Below, in pieces: positions 1-9,601 of a stretch of DNA of 64,000 nucleotides. The notes under the pieces are model-generated. The model was not told the DNA's origin and did not search any database. It worked only from the letters and a program-made list of their open reading frames with translations. The translations under genes and the position numbers were made by a program. The stretch is from contig DASSBC010000078.1 in assembly GCA_035699125.1 (NCBI GenBank), positions 13,603 through 77,602 on the forward strand, written 5' to 3'. This DNA comes from Anaerolineales bacterium (GTDB lineage: Bacteria; Chloroflexota; Anaerolineae; Anaerolineales; Villigracilaceae). Every line of letters starts with the position of its first letter. The first letter of the stretch is position 1.

Positions 1-918
1 GAAATAAGAAAAATGCAACAAGACTGCCCCCGTCGTAAACCATAGTCCTCCTCTCTCATAAAAGAATCGATACAGTGAAATGTTTGATGTAATAAGAAAT
101 CCTATTACCGCAACAACTCCGATCCAGGCAAAAGGAAACCATGCAGCGAGTATGAAAGAAAATATAAGACCCCAAACACACAGAGCACTAAGACGGCTTT
201 TCCAATCCAGATTAAGGTCAGCTGGTAAACAGGATGTAGAATAAATCAATCGTGTCCATGGAATCGCACGATCCAGGATATCCGTGCGCAACAGGCTCTG
301 TAGAGTCCAGCGTTTCAGATGTGTCACTTGGACATCCGAACATAAGTAGATACGATATCCGGCGGCTTTGAGCCTGACCCCAAGCTCTATATCTTCTATT
401 GATGGTCGTGAATAACTCGAAGCAAATCCTCCGAGGCGGAGGAATACATCCGTGCGAATGGCGCCGATACCCGTCCAAAAGCTAGACGCCTCTTTCTGGC
501 TCTGGTGATGAACAAAATGGTGCAGTAAGTTCTTATACAAAGAAACCCAGTTGCGATGAGGAGGATGATCATCATAGGAGCCAAACAGAGCATGGATTTC
601 AGGATGTTCTGTAAAGTAATCCTCGACTAATGCCAATGTGTTAGTATGAACCATAACGTCAGCGTCCAGGAAGAGTAAAACATCTCCTTGTGATTGCGCT
701 GCCCCTAGGTTTCGAGCCCGAGCAGGTCCAATTGGATGGTGATTTTGGCTAACCACGACAGTGCCAAATTTTGCTGCCAATTGAGCAGATCTATCGGTGG
801 AAGCATCGTCAATAATGATCAGTTCATCCGGCAGTCGCGTTGAATGCATCAATGCCTCAAGACATTTCTGCAGATCATCTCCTCCGTTGTGAACTGGAAT
901 AACAACTGACAATCGCAC
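1..918 (-). CDS. Family 2 glycosyltransferase (3' end runs off the left edge of the window)
   Basis: Not in the supplied ORF track because it has no stop inside the window. Hand translation of the reverse strand from GTG at 918-916 gives VRLSVVIPVHNGGDDLQKCLEALMHSTRLPDELIIIDDASTDRS...GDVLLFLDADV..., the GT-A/GT2 N-terminal signature with a DxD-type LDAD. The frame stays open for all 306 codons down to position 1. AAGGAG lies about 8 nt upstream of the GTG. Track ORFs 218..478 and 396..593 are other frames of this gene. Confidence 0.85.
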   Translation of the reverse strand, partial: MRLSVVIPVHNGGDDLQKCLEALMHSTRLPDELIIIDDASTDRSAQLAAKFGTVVVSQNHHPIGPARARNLGAAQSQGDVLLFLDADVMVHTNTLALVEDYFTEHPEIHALFGSYDDHPPHRNWVSLYKNLLHHFVHHQSQKEASSFWTGIGAIRTDVFLRLGGFASSYSRPSIEDIELGVRLKAAGYRIYLCSDVQVTHLKRWTLQSLLRTDILDRAIPWTRLIYSTSCLPADLNLDWKSRLSALCVWGLIFSFILAAWFPFAWIGVVAVIGFLITSNISLYRFFYERGGLWFTTGAVLLHFSYF

Positions 919-955
919 GAAAGTATTCTCCTTCAGTTACGGTTTCTCTTCGAAG

Positions 956-2206
956 CTAAACATGCTTAAGCAAAGGCACCAAACCTGCTACCTCTCCGGA
1001 ATTGCGGCTGAGAACTTGTTGATAAACATTCACAAGTTGAGAAGCAATCGATGTCCAGCTATGAAAGGTTCTGACGTATGCGACTCCAGCCTCACCAGTC
1101 TTTTGCTGAAGCTCTCGATTTTCAATCAGTTGCAATACCGCCTGGGCAAAGCCATCTGTGTCGTCAGAAACAAAAATATCTTTTCCTGGTTGTGCCTGAA
1201 GCGCCGAAAGAGCCTGGCGGGTGGTCACGACCGGGGTCCCGGTTGACATTGCCTCCAATATCTTGTTTTGAATGCCTGCTCCGTACAACAGCGGAACTAC
1301 AGAGACTGTTGCACGCCAGAGGAAGGGGCGAATGTCATCTATAGTTCCCGTCACGGTAATCAGAGGGTTGCGCGCCATTTTTTTTATCGTTGGAGTAGGA
1401 TCCTTACCCACAATATACAGACGCGCTGCAGGGCGACCTTCCCAAATCCGCGGCATGATCTCGTCCACCAGATATTTCGCCATTGAAACATTCGCGTGAT
1501 AACTCATCTTCCCGCTAAAAACGATTGTCTCAGGATCTCGTTGAACGTCAGCACTAGGATGGAAGTACTCTAAATCGACCCCGTTAGGTAGGACAGAAAT
1601 CTCTGCGGGACTATTTCCCGAAGAGACAAGCCCACGCAAAGCTTTCTGATCAGAGGGTGATGTAACAAGCACATGGTCGAACCGGCAAGCTAAATCTCCT
1701 TCCGCTCTTCTGGTTCGGCTAAGCTCCAAGCGAGTCATGAATTTGCCAAAGAAACTGCGACTCTGCTTCGCCGCCTGTTGAAACAGATGACTAATACAGT
1801 CAACACTATCCCAGACAATTGGCATGTTCGGCATTCTCGATTTCAGGAAAAGCCCAAAGCGTGAGCCTCGTAAGTGTTCAATATGTACGATGTCAAATTC
1901 GTCTCGAGAAGCACGCTGGACGATCTCTTGAGCCATCGCAGGCTGCCAGCTGTACACAGATTGAAGTGGTTTCCTTGAGGGAAGAGCAACGGCGCTATTC
2001 ACTATTGAACGCCAAACAGGCTGGGTGTAAAAATACACTTCACGACAATAGTTCTTGAGGCTTTGTGCGTCAATCCATTCCTCCTTATTTGATCCAAGCG
2101 TGAAGACTGTAACTTCATGACCTAAAGAAACCAGTTGAAGAATCAAGTTGTACGAACGGGTTCGGATTCGATTTGGAGCATAAGGAACAACATAGGCGAT
2201 TCGCAT
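956..2206 (-). CDS. GT4-family (GT-B fold) glycosyltransferase
   Basis: 416-aa ORF. N-terminal MRIAYVVPYAP Rossmann start. C-terminal GT4 donor-binding region ...VPLLYGAGIQNKILEAMSTGTPVVTT.... Confidence 0.85.
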   Translation of the reverse strand: MRIAYVVPYAPNRIRTRSYNLILQLVSLGHEVTVFTLGSNKEEWIDAQSLKNYCREVYFYTQPVWRSIVNSAVALPSRKPLQSVYSWQPAMAQEIVQRASRDEFDIVHIEHLRGSRFGLFLKSRMPNMPIVWDSVDCISHLFQQAAKQSRSFFGKFMTRLELSRTRRAEGDLACRFDHVLVTSPSDQKALRGLVSSGNSPAEISVLPNGVDLEYFHPSADVQRDPETIVFSGKMSYHANVSMAKYLVDEIMPRIWEGRPAARLYIVGKDPTPTIKKMARNPLITVTGTIDDIRPFLWRATVSVVPLLYGAGIQNKILEAMSTGTPVVTTRQALSALQAQPGKDIFVSDDTDGFAQAVLQLIENRELQQKTGEAGVAYVRTFHSWTSIASQLVNVYQQVLSRNSGEVAGLVPLLKHV

Positions 2207-2340
2207 GCTCAGATCCTGGGTAAACTATCGATAATCATTGTGGAGTGGGGAATAACCCATGACTGCCGTACCAGTAAATCTATAATATGAGTGAGAATGT
2301 CTTTGATTCTCATCAACGAAAATATCTGTTTGGAACAAAG

Positions 2341-4146
2341 TTACTTGGACGATGTTTTAAACTGGGAAACCATCATGGAGGCGTTCTCAGACAAGTCGAT
2401 GCGGCCTTGTGTTTCCCACCACCATATGTAAACTTCCATCTCATGATGCGCCTCCGGGATCTGGTCCAGCAACTTCTGAGCCTTGTCCAGGTCCCCGAGC
2501 CAGACGTAACAATATCCCAAGCTTTTAATAATGCCTCGATGGTTAGGCGCCTCCTGATAGGCTGTTTCGAGATTCGCTGCAGCTGTTATAAAATCCTGGC
2601 GCAGCATGGAGATTAGGCCAAGGCGGTAATTCGCTGTCTGATTATGGGGCTCGTATTTAACCGCAAATTGAAGAGTGGTACCTGCCACCTCTAAGCGAGG
2701 CACAATTTCCGAAGTTGCCCATTGACTTGTCGGGAAATCCTTAAGCTCTACCTGCGACATCTGGACTGCACCCAAGTTCGCGTACCAAAGCGGTATGATC
2801 TTATTCAGATTTAGCGCCAGCATGACAATGACAGCCAGGAGGAACCCAATGACAACTCGAGTCGATGATGAAATGAGCTTAGGCTGTTGGAAAACTTGCT
2901 CAGCGGAACCGCTGCTGTTCAACACCCCTGGCATCGCTATCCCAAGCGGATAAAAAAGAAGCGCGGTTCCATTCCCGCTGTAAAGATAATCATAAAATAC
3001 CCCGTGCACGATCGTAACGATCAGCGCTCCCAGTCCCAGCCATCTGAATAATCGCAGATCATCTGGCGGTTCGTTTACGATGGACCGGGCAACGAAGAAT
3101 ATACTGCCTATATATAGAATGACTAAAATCGAACCAGCTACAACTCCTTGTTCGATGGCAACGTCGAGGAATAGATTGTAACTGTTTGGAAAATAGAAGT
3201 AGGGGATTACTAGCATATACTGGGAATAAAGGCCCGGAAAAGAGGCTAGTCCGGCACCGGTAATGGGATAATCCTCTAAGAAATAGGCTCCTCGCCCAAG
3301 TAATCCTGCGCGCGAGTTCTGTCCGTAAACGCCGTCCGTCGAACCAAGATCGTCACTCGCCGGTCCGAGATATGCCAAAGCAATCAACATGACCAGATAA
3401 CCAACTACCAGAAAGGGGAACAGGGCTCTGACTCGAACATTTGCTTCTGAGGATGTCGAGACTCTCCAAATAACCCAGAGTCCCACAGCGCCCACACCGA
3501 TAAACTCGATCGTACGCGAAAGTGTGAACACAAACACTAACGCAACCATTCCGATGCCTGATATGAGGAATAATTTCATCACAGTGGACACAAAGCCAGA
3601 GGACCTCCGGCTAGTATTCCACAGCCAATAAAAAGCAAATATGGCACTGATGAGAATTAGTCCCAATACATCGTCGTAATGAATGGCGGGCCAATCGACA
3701 TGCGGTCTGTGCTCCATCCACCAGTTGGCGAACCTGCCACCACCGCCTTCAAAATCATACGTGAGACAGAAGTACAGGGATAGGGTGAGTGCCAAACAAA
3801 AAGCGAGAAAAGATAAGAAGCCGAGATTTTGTCTGGGTTGGGCACTCAATGCGTAGTAGAGCAGGATTGCGCTCATAATAAGCCCAAACTTGATCCACGC
3901 GGCGGATTTATCATAAGCGGCCCAACCGCCTACCCAGGCTGTAATGATGAAGATCGCGATCAGCCAATCGAAGGGGGTGCGCTGGAAAGCAAGATTTCCT
4001 GCGAGAGATCTGAATACCCATGGCATTAACGCAATTAGGCTGAACCAGATTCCGAGCCGTGGAATTAACATCCAGACTGCTGTACTCATGATCACCAAGA
4101 GCAGATCAATGAGAGCAAACCAACGATTTTCAACGAGCTGGCGCAA
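2341..4146 (-). CDS. Wzy/O-antigen-ligase-like polytopic membrane protein with C-terminal TPR repeats
   Basis: 601 aa with many hydrophobic helices. Wzy_C-type loop motif NSYNLFLDVAIEQGVVAG. The soluble C-terminal part has TPR-like repeats (ANYRLGLISMLRQDF..., SLGYCYVWLGDLDKAQKLL). Confidence 0.75.
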   Translation of the reverse strand: MRQLVENRWFALIDLLLVIMSTAVWMLIPRLGIWFSLIALMPWVFRSLAGNLAFQRTPFDWLIAIFIITAWVGGWAAYDKSAAWIKFGLIMSAILLYYALSAQPRQNLGFLSFLAFCLALTLSLYFCLTYDFEGGGGRFANWWMEHRPHVDWPAIHYDDVLGLILISAIFAFYWLWNTSRRSSGFVSTVMKLFLISGIGMVALVFVFTLSRTIEFIGVGAVGLWVIWRVSTSSEANVRVRALFPFLVVGYLVMLIALAYLGPASDDLGSTDGVYGQNSRAGLLGRGAYFLEDYPITGAGLASFPGLYSQYMLVIPYFYFPNSYNLFLDVAIEQGVVAGSILVILYIGSIFFVARSIVNEPPDDLRLFRWLGLGALIVTIVHGVFYDYLYSGNGTALLFYPLGIAMPGVLNSSGSAEQVFQQPKLISSSTRVVIGFLLAVIVMLALNLNKIIPLWYANLGAVQMSQVELKDFPTSQWATSEIVPRLEVAGTTLQFAVKYEPHNQTANYRLGLISMLRQDFITAAANLETAYQEAPNHRGIIKSLGYCYVWLGDLDKAQKLLDQIPEAHHEMEVYIWWWETQGRIDLSENASMMVSQFKTSSK

Positions 4147-4178
4147 GAATTAGGACTCCCGTTCTGTCGCGAACATTC

Positions 4179-5849
4179 CTACCCGGCTCCACCAATCGGC
4201 GCGCCTTCGTCTGAAGCTGCCCACCAGAGGTGCTGGAGTCCGACATTCAGCGCGGTCTTCATCGTTGACCAGTCATATAGCAGCATCTTTAAGTAGGTGA
4301 ATGCCGGGCCGGGCCGCAACGCCCATTCACGGAATGCTCGCTTTTGCCAATAAAGCAATCGCTCTGCCGGCAAATTTGGATAATCCAGAACCGTCCCTTT
4401 ATCCATATCCACTTGCTCCCAGCGGGTGCCCGGGCGGAACCAATTATTCTCTACAACTTCAAAGAAGAATGGCGTTCCGGGATATGGTGCAGCGACATGG
4501 AACAGGGCTATATCAAGTGGCAGCTTCTTGGCGAAATCGATCGTCTCACGGATTGTCTCTTCCGTTTCGCCAGGCAAACCGATGATAAAGTAGCCCCAGT
4601 TCATGATGCCCGCTTTCTTTGCCCAATGAAGAGCACGATGGGCTTTATCGGGATAGGCACCTTTTTTGGCATGCTTGAGAATCTGTTCATTGCCGCTCTC
4701 GATTCCCCACGAGATCAGACGGCAGCCAGCCTTGCCCATCAGCATCAGCATTTCCTCATCGACAAAGTCCACGCGGCTATTGCTAGTCCAGTGGATGTCG
4801 ATTTTCTCTTCGATCATCAGCTTGCAGAGTTCAATCACCTGGTCGCGGCTGACTGTGAACAAGTCGGAATACATGTGGATGTTGTGGATGCCCAATTTCT
4901 TCAGGTACCACAATTCTTCCATGATCAATTTCGGTGAGCGCAAGCGGGTGGAATACTGGTAGCTCACATGCTTGATGCAGTACGTACAGCCAGCCGGGCA
5001 ACCTCGGCTCGTGACGATGAAGGTGAACGGGCCCTTAATCAACGGCATTTTGTAGGATTGGAGAGGTAACAGCTCGTGCATCGGTATGGGCATGTCATCC
5101 AAATCTGCTACGAACGGACGTGGAAAGTTCAGGATGATCTCGCCATCTTTGCGCCAAGCAATGCCCTTGATGCCATGCATATTGACCGTGCCGTCTTCAT
5201 GGAAAGACGGCTTGTACATCGGGTCATGCTTATCAAAGATTTTCTTGACCTCAGGAGAGCGTTGATCGATCTTGTTTTCCAGATGATCTAACAGGTCGCG
5301 AATCGTGAGATCTGGCTCGCCAACGAGGGCAAAATCCAGGCTGGGATAGGGGCGCATTGTCTCGACCGGGATGGGTGTGATGTGGGTTCCGAAGGCAATC
5401 GTCTGGGCCCCGCGCGCATGTGCCAGGAAACAGCCATAGATGTCATTCTCAAGAGTGGGCGCAGTAAGTTGGGTAAGGTAATACTTCGGCTGATACTTAT
5501 TCAGCAGTTTGGTGAATTCGGGCCAACTCATGCGTTCTGCGTTACAGTCCACCACCTTGACCTTATAGACGGGGTGTAGCAGAGCAGCCATTTGTACCAG
5601 GGAGACCTGAGGCCAGACCATGTTCTCACGGGTGCGACGCCCCACTCGATGCTGGGTGCGAATCCATAGCCCACCGTCCGGCGTGGGAGGATTGACGAGC
5701 ATAATATCTACTGCGTCCTCAGAGCGAGGAGCGGAAAGAAGGCCCTTTCGTACGATAGCATCGGCATTGGGAAAATTCGCTCGATGCAGCTTCGGAATTA
5801 ATCGGCTTCCAAGATTCACAGATGAAGATTGATTTGATGGCATTTTCAT
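4179..5849 (-). CDS. B12-binding-domain (class B) radical SAM protein
   Basis: 556 aa. Radical SAM cluster motif SRGCPAGCTYC (CxxxCxxC), preceded by an N-terminal Rossmann-like cobalamin-binding-type domain (DIMLVNPP...YKVKVVDCNAE). Confidence 0.8.
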   Translation of the reverse strand: MKMPSNQSSSVNLGSRLIPKLHRANFPNADAIVRKGLLSAPRSEDAVDIMLVNPPTPDGGLWIRTQHRVGRRTRENMVWPQVSLVQMAALLHPVYKVKVVDCNAERMSWPEFTKLLNKYQPKYYLTQLTAPTLENDIYGCFLAHARGAQTIAFGTHITPIPVETMRPYPSLDFALVGEPDLTIRDLLDHLENKIDQRSPEVKKIFDKHDPMYKPSFHEDGTVNMHGIKGIAWRKDGEIILNFPRPFVADLDDMPIPMHELLPLQSYKMPLIKGPFTFIVTSRGCPAGCTYCIKHVSYQYSTRLRSPKLIMEELWYLKKLGIHNIHMYSDLFTVSRDQVIELCKLMIEEKIDIHWTSNSRVDFVDEEMLMLMGKAGCRLISWGIESGNEQILKHAKKGAYPDKAHRALHWAKKAGIMNWGYFIIGLPGETEETIRETIDFAKKLPLDIALFHVAAPYPGTPFFFEVVENNWFRPGTRWEQVDMDKGTVLDYPNLPAERLLYWQKRAFREWALRPGPAFTYLKMLLYDWSTMKTALNVGLQHLWWAASDEGAPIGGAG

Positions 5850-5882
5850 TACTCTTTTCTCTATAAATGTAACGAATAGTAA

Positions 5883-7079
5883 TTAGCGTAAACCCATGTC
5901 GTACTTCGTAAGTAGATCCCTTTGACTTAATTCTTCCAAGATTCGAAGTAATAACCAGTAAATAACCAGTTGAATACCAGCCAAAAACAGTAAAGCGCTA
6001 CTCAACAAATAAAACCACAGCCGCCCAATTTCCCATCCTTGTACACCCAACACTAGAGAGATCATAGCTATACCGATCCCAAGCAAGGTCGAAATCATCC
6101 CAACCCAGCCAAAGTGCATATCCAGAGGGGTCTTGAAGATGGGTTTACCAAATAATCCCTGCCTAATGGGCCTTTTGTAGAAAAGCGATACAAGGTAATT
6201 GAATGTAACACCCAGGGCAAACAGGTTAATGCCCGCAATTGAAGAAATCAATGCCAGAAATAGCGCTGCAATCCCCCAAGGTCCAAGAGTCGTTATGCCC
6301 TGGAGTCTGGCTATGAAAACACCAAGGAATACAAGTAGAGCAATTCCAACTCCAAGCGAACCGATCATGCCCAAAATCCTGACAGGGTTATAAGACAGCA
6401 CTGTCCAAACCATACTTTGCAAGAAAATACGGCCATCTCGAATGACACTCAGCTTCGACCGACCGACACGCTCGCTGTACGGAATTGGGACTTCCCCGAT
6501 ATTGATACCTTCATGTAATGCACGCGTGCTCATCACGGGAGTCAGGTTCAACCCATCAGGCAGAGGATAAATTTGTTCAAGGATCTCTCGCTTGAAGACG
6601 CGCATACCGCTGGCGCTATCCGTTACCTTCTGATGACTCAACACTGTGAGCAGTCTGGCGAAAAAGAGATTGCCCACCCGCCGGGTTAGCGGCATCTTAC
6701 TTTCTTCACCAGCCATGCGTGATCCAATGACCAGATCCATTCCGTTCATCGCGGCGCGGCACAAATGTGGGAAGTACTCCGGTGGATATGTGCCGTCGGC
6801 ATCCAGAAATCCAATCAATTGTCCCGTCGCCTTGGAAAAGCCAGTTTTAAGAGCCGCACCATATCCCTTGTTGCGCGGGTGGCAAATTAGATTCACACCT
6901 GGTATGTTCGAAGCCACCTCAGCAGTTCGGTCTCTTGAGCCATCATCTACAATCAGTAGTTCAAGTTGGTCTATACCGGCTTTCTTGAGATCGGGTGCCA
7001 CCGAAAGTACGCGGCAGGCAATCTCAGCGATGCCTTTTTCTTCATTGTATGCGGGGATAACTACAGATAACACAGTCAT
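5883..7079 (-). CDS. Membrane-bound GT2, polyprenyl-phosphate sugar synthase type (GtrB/ArnC/DPM1-like)
   Basis: MTVLSVVIPAYNEE, VDDGSRDRT and FLDADG (DxD), then a C-terminal region of about four hydrophobic helices. The track ORF extends to 7106, but the ATG at 7079-7077 is preceded by GGATGGAAG and gives the usual short GT2 N-terminus. Confidence 0.8.
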   Translation of the reverse strand: MTVLSVVIPAYNEEKGIAEIACRVLSVAPDLKKAGIDQLELLIVDDGSRDRTAEVASNIPGVNLICHPRNKGYGAALKTGFSKATGQLIGFLDADGTYPPEYFPHLCRAAMNGMDLVIGSRMAGEESKMPLTRRVGNLFFARLLTVLSHQKVTDSASGMRVFKREILEQIYPLPDGLNLTPVMSTRALHEGINIGEVPIPYSERVGRSKLSVIRDGRIFLQSMVWTVLSYNPVRILGMIGSLGVGIALLVFLGVFIARLQGITTLGPWGIAALFLALISSIAGINLFALGVTFNYLVSLFYKRPIRQGLFGKPIFKTPLDMHFGWVGMISTLLGIGIAMISLVLGVQGWEIGRLWFYLLSSALLFLAGIQLVIYWLLLRILEELSQRDLLTKYDMGLR

Positions 7080-7320
7080 TAACTTCCATCCTTGATTGAG
7101 AGCCAAATTCGAGGATCAGCCTCGTTGAAACAGGGGTCAATATCCTTACAGTTCTTCGGCAATGCCGTCTGCAATCGTATGCAGGACCTGGACAGTGGTA
7201 CCAACCTTTCCTGGAAAACCATGTCTGTGTAATTGCTCCATCCCCAACTACGTATCATCTGCTTTGTGAAGCCGGCATACTCACCAGCCCAACACATTCG
7301 AGTCGAGTAAGAGCAATGCA

Positions 7321-7350
7321 TTTTCAATACCTTAGGCACGACAGTATAAT
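7321..7350 (+). promoter_or_regulatory. Candidate sigma70-type promoter giving a leaderless gmhB transcript
   Basis: Perfect TATAAT at 7345-7350, only 6 nt before the gmhB ATG (7357). No purine-rich Shine-Dalgarno in between. Weak -35-like TTTTCA/TTTCAA lies 17-18 nt upstream. Confidence 0.35.
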
Positions 7351-7356
7351 GACCCT

Positions 7357-7914
7357 ATGTTTCCAGCCATTTTTCTTGATCGTGATGGTGTACTAATTGA
7401 AAACAGGTCGGATTACGTTCGGGATTGGTCGCAGGTAAAGATTATTCCCGAAGCAATTCATGCCTTGTCACTCCCATCAGTAAAAAACTATAAAATCGTA
7501 ATTGTCACCAATCAGTCAGCAGTAGGGCGAGGGCTCCTCCTGCCAGCGGACGCTGATGAAATCAATCACCGACTGGTAAAGCTGATTCGACAGCATGGCG
7601 GTAAAGTTGACAGTGTCTACATGTGTGTACATAAGCCTGATGATGATTGCTTTTGCCGAAAGCCAAGACCGGGATTATTACTGCAGGCAACCAAAGAGTT
7701 ATCTTTAGATCTGCAACGCTCATGGATGATTGGAGATGCATGGAGCGATCTGCAGGCTGGGCATCGAGCTGGCGTACAACATGCCATCCTTTTAAGAACG
7801 GGACGCGGCGCAGAACAGTTATTACAGCCTCGTCCAGAAGAGCTCAATGACCATTTGATTTTCAATAACCTACCTACAGCATTTGATACAATTTTTGCAA
7901 CGAGCGATGAATAG
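7357..7914 (+). CDS. gmhB: D-glycero-D-manno-heptose 1,7-bisphosphate phosphatase (HAD family)
   Basis: FLDRDGVLIE (DxD nucleophile motif), VTNQSAVGRG, zinc-finger-type CVHKPDDDCFCRKPRPG, MIGDAWSDLQAG. 185 aa. Confidence 0.85.
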   Translation: MFPAIFLDRDGVLIENRSDYVRDWSQVKIIPEAIHALSLPSVKNYKIVIVTNQSAVGRGLLLPADADEINHRLVKLIRQHGGKVDSVYMCVHKPDDDCFCRKPRPGLLLQATKELSLDLQRSWMIGDAWSDLQAGHRAGVQHAILLRTGRGAEQLLQPRPEELNDHLIFNNLPTAFDTIFATSDE

Positions 7915-7925
7915 GCAGTCCGAAG

Positions 7926-8546
7926 CTAACAAGAATCACTGAAAAGCTCAGCAGGTACCTGGGCAATAGGGGCTGAGACATTCGCTTCAGTTTGAACCTG
8001 AGCTTTAATCGACCTTACAATTAGATGTTCGAGCATCAGATGAATATCCTCTACATGTTCAATAATCTTGCTGTTGACATGAATATTGATATTCGCCAAT
8101 TGCCCCAAAAGCCCCCCATCAAAACCCGTAAACCCGATGACCGTTGCATCATATCGGTGGGCTGCTTCCACGGCTTTAATGACGTTCTTAGAATTTCCAC
8201 TGGCTGAAATCGCAATAACAATATCGCCAGGTCTTACTAAACTAGCCAACTGCTCCGAAAATACATTCTCATAACCTTCATCATTGGCTAGGGCGGAGAA
8301 CATTGCCATGTTATCGGTGAGCCCAATCACACGAAAATGTGGCAGACCTGCTTGACGTGTATTTTTTGCCAAGTCACAGGCAAAATGAGAAGCCGTTGAG
8401 GCCGAGCCACCGTTCCCTAGAATGAACACCTGGCTACCCTTCGTCCGGGTTTGCTGCAATAAGTCAATAACTTCAGCAATTAATTGATGGGGAAGCTGAT
8501 CCATGGTGAGTTGTAATGTTGATATGTATTCTTGGATGAATTCCAT
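7926..8546 (-). CDS. gmhA: Phosphoheptose (sedoheptulose-7-phosphate) isomerase, SIS domain
   Basis: 206 aa. VFILGNGGSASTASHFACDL and ...VIAISASGNSKNV... SIS motifs. Adjacent to hddA and gmhB. Confidence 0.85.
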   Translation of the reverse strand: MEFIQEYISTLQLTMDQLPHQLIAEVIDLLQQTRTKGSQVFILGNGGSASTASHFACDLAKNTRQAGLPHFRVIGLTDNMAMFSALANDEGYENVFSEQLASLVRPGDIVIAISASGNSKNVIKAVEAAHRYDATVIGFTGFDGGLLGQLANINIHVNSKIIEHVEDIHLMLEHLIVRSIKAQVQTEANVSAPIAQVPAELFSDSC

Positions 8547-8568
8547 TATAGTTTGTCCTTGATCAAGC

Positions 8569-9549
8569 TTAGAAACGTCGATAATTGAAGATCACTTTCG
8601 TCCCATCGGCTTCCAGTCGAAAAGGAAGCTCCTGTAAGCCACGTAATGCCGTCCGAACTCTATTTTGATACTCGAACGGCACGTACAGCAGGAGAAATCC
8701 CCCGCCGCCCGCCCCCGCGATCTTTCCTCCGATCGCCCCCGCGTTGCGCGCCGCCTCGTACAACTCATTAATCCGTCCATTGCTGATTGTGCCCGCGAGA
8801 CGCTTTTTCAATTCCCAAGATTGATGGAGCAAGACGCCTAGCGCCTCAAAATTCTCCTTTTCGATCGCATAACGAGCTTCGCACGCCATTTCTTTGATTT
8901 CCCGCAATTCACTTAGGTGGTCTTTAAGGTTACTGACTTGTTCCCGAAGAACAGTGGAGGAATCACGACTCACGCCAGTAAAGAACAGCATAAAATTGCT
9001 ATTCAAGACCCGTTCCGCTTCAGGTGAGAGTCTGACTTTTTCTACTGTGACAGTTCCATCTGGCAAAAACTCAAAAAAACGGATTCCGCCATAAGCAGCG
9101 ATATACTGATCTTGAATACCGATTGGCTTCTTTAGCGTCTCAATTTCTATTGTGCAAGCCTCACGCGCCAGTCTTTCCGCAGGGATTATCTCTCCCAGAT
9201 AGGCATACATGGCATGTAAAGCGCCAACTGTCACAGTACTGGACGAGCCCAGTCCTGAGCCTTCTGAGGGAATATCTCCCATGGTTGTTATCTCGACCCC
9301 ACGGTCAATTCTGGTAGTGCGGAGAGACTCACGAATTAACTCATGATGGATCTGATCCACCTCATCTACCATCTCGGTCTGTGTATAGCCTATACGCAGC
9401 TTGCTATCAAAGCGTTGCTTAATGGTTACGAAAATATATTTATCAATAGCAGAACTTAAGACGCATCCACCCTCTTGCGTAAAGAATGCGCGGAAATCAG
9501 TACCTCCCCCGAAAAAACTGATCCGTAATGGTGTCTGAACGATGATCAA
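8569..9549 (-). CDS. hddA: GHMP-family sugar kinase, D-glycero-alpha-D-manno-heptose-7-phosphate kinase-like
   Basis: 326 aa. N-terminal [17 protein letters not shown] motif [16 protein letters not shown], motif [14 protein letters not shown]. Genomic context with gmhA/gmhB. Confidence 0.7.
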   Translation of the reverse strand: MIIVQTPLRISFFGGGTDFRAFFTQEGGCVLSSAIDKYIFVTIKQRFDSKLRIGYTQTEMVDEVDQIHHELIRESLRTTRIDRGVEITTMGDIPSEGSGLGSSSTVTVGALHAMYAYLGEIIPAERLAREACTIEIETLKKPIGIQDQYIAAYGGIRFFEFLPDGTVTVEKVRLSPEAERVLNSNFMLFFTGVSRDSSTVLREQVSNLKDHLSELREIKEMACEARYAIEKENFEALGVLLHQSWELKKRLAGTISNGRINELYEAARNAGAIGGKIAGAGGGGFLLLYVPFEYQNRVRTALRGLQELPFRLEADGTKVIFNYRRF

Positions 9550-9601
9550 GCTGCTCTCTCCAAAATTCTCAATCGATGATCGATGCGCCGAATTTTACGA
9601 A

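Noticed and set aside
218-593. Track ORFs 218..478 and 396..593 (minus strand)
   Set aside because: They are alternative frames inside the GT2 gene I translated from GTG 918 to the window edge. Their sequences are low-complexity with no motifs, whereas the GT2 frame is open throughout and carries family motifs.
4344-4937. 197-aa ORF antisense to the radical SAM gene
   Set aside because: It is antisense to a motif-supported CDS, with no start context or motifs.
7079-7339. 86-aa minus-strand ORF in the gap between the membrane GT2 and gmhB
   Set aside because: It has a Cys/Trp-rich odd composition, no ribosome-binding site that I can see, and overlaps the extended GT2 start. More likely this is promoter/leader DNA for the divergent genes.
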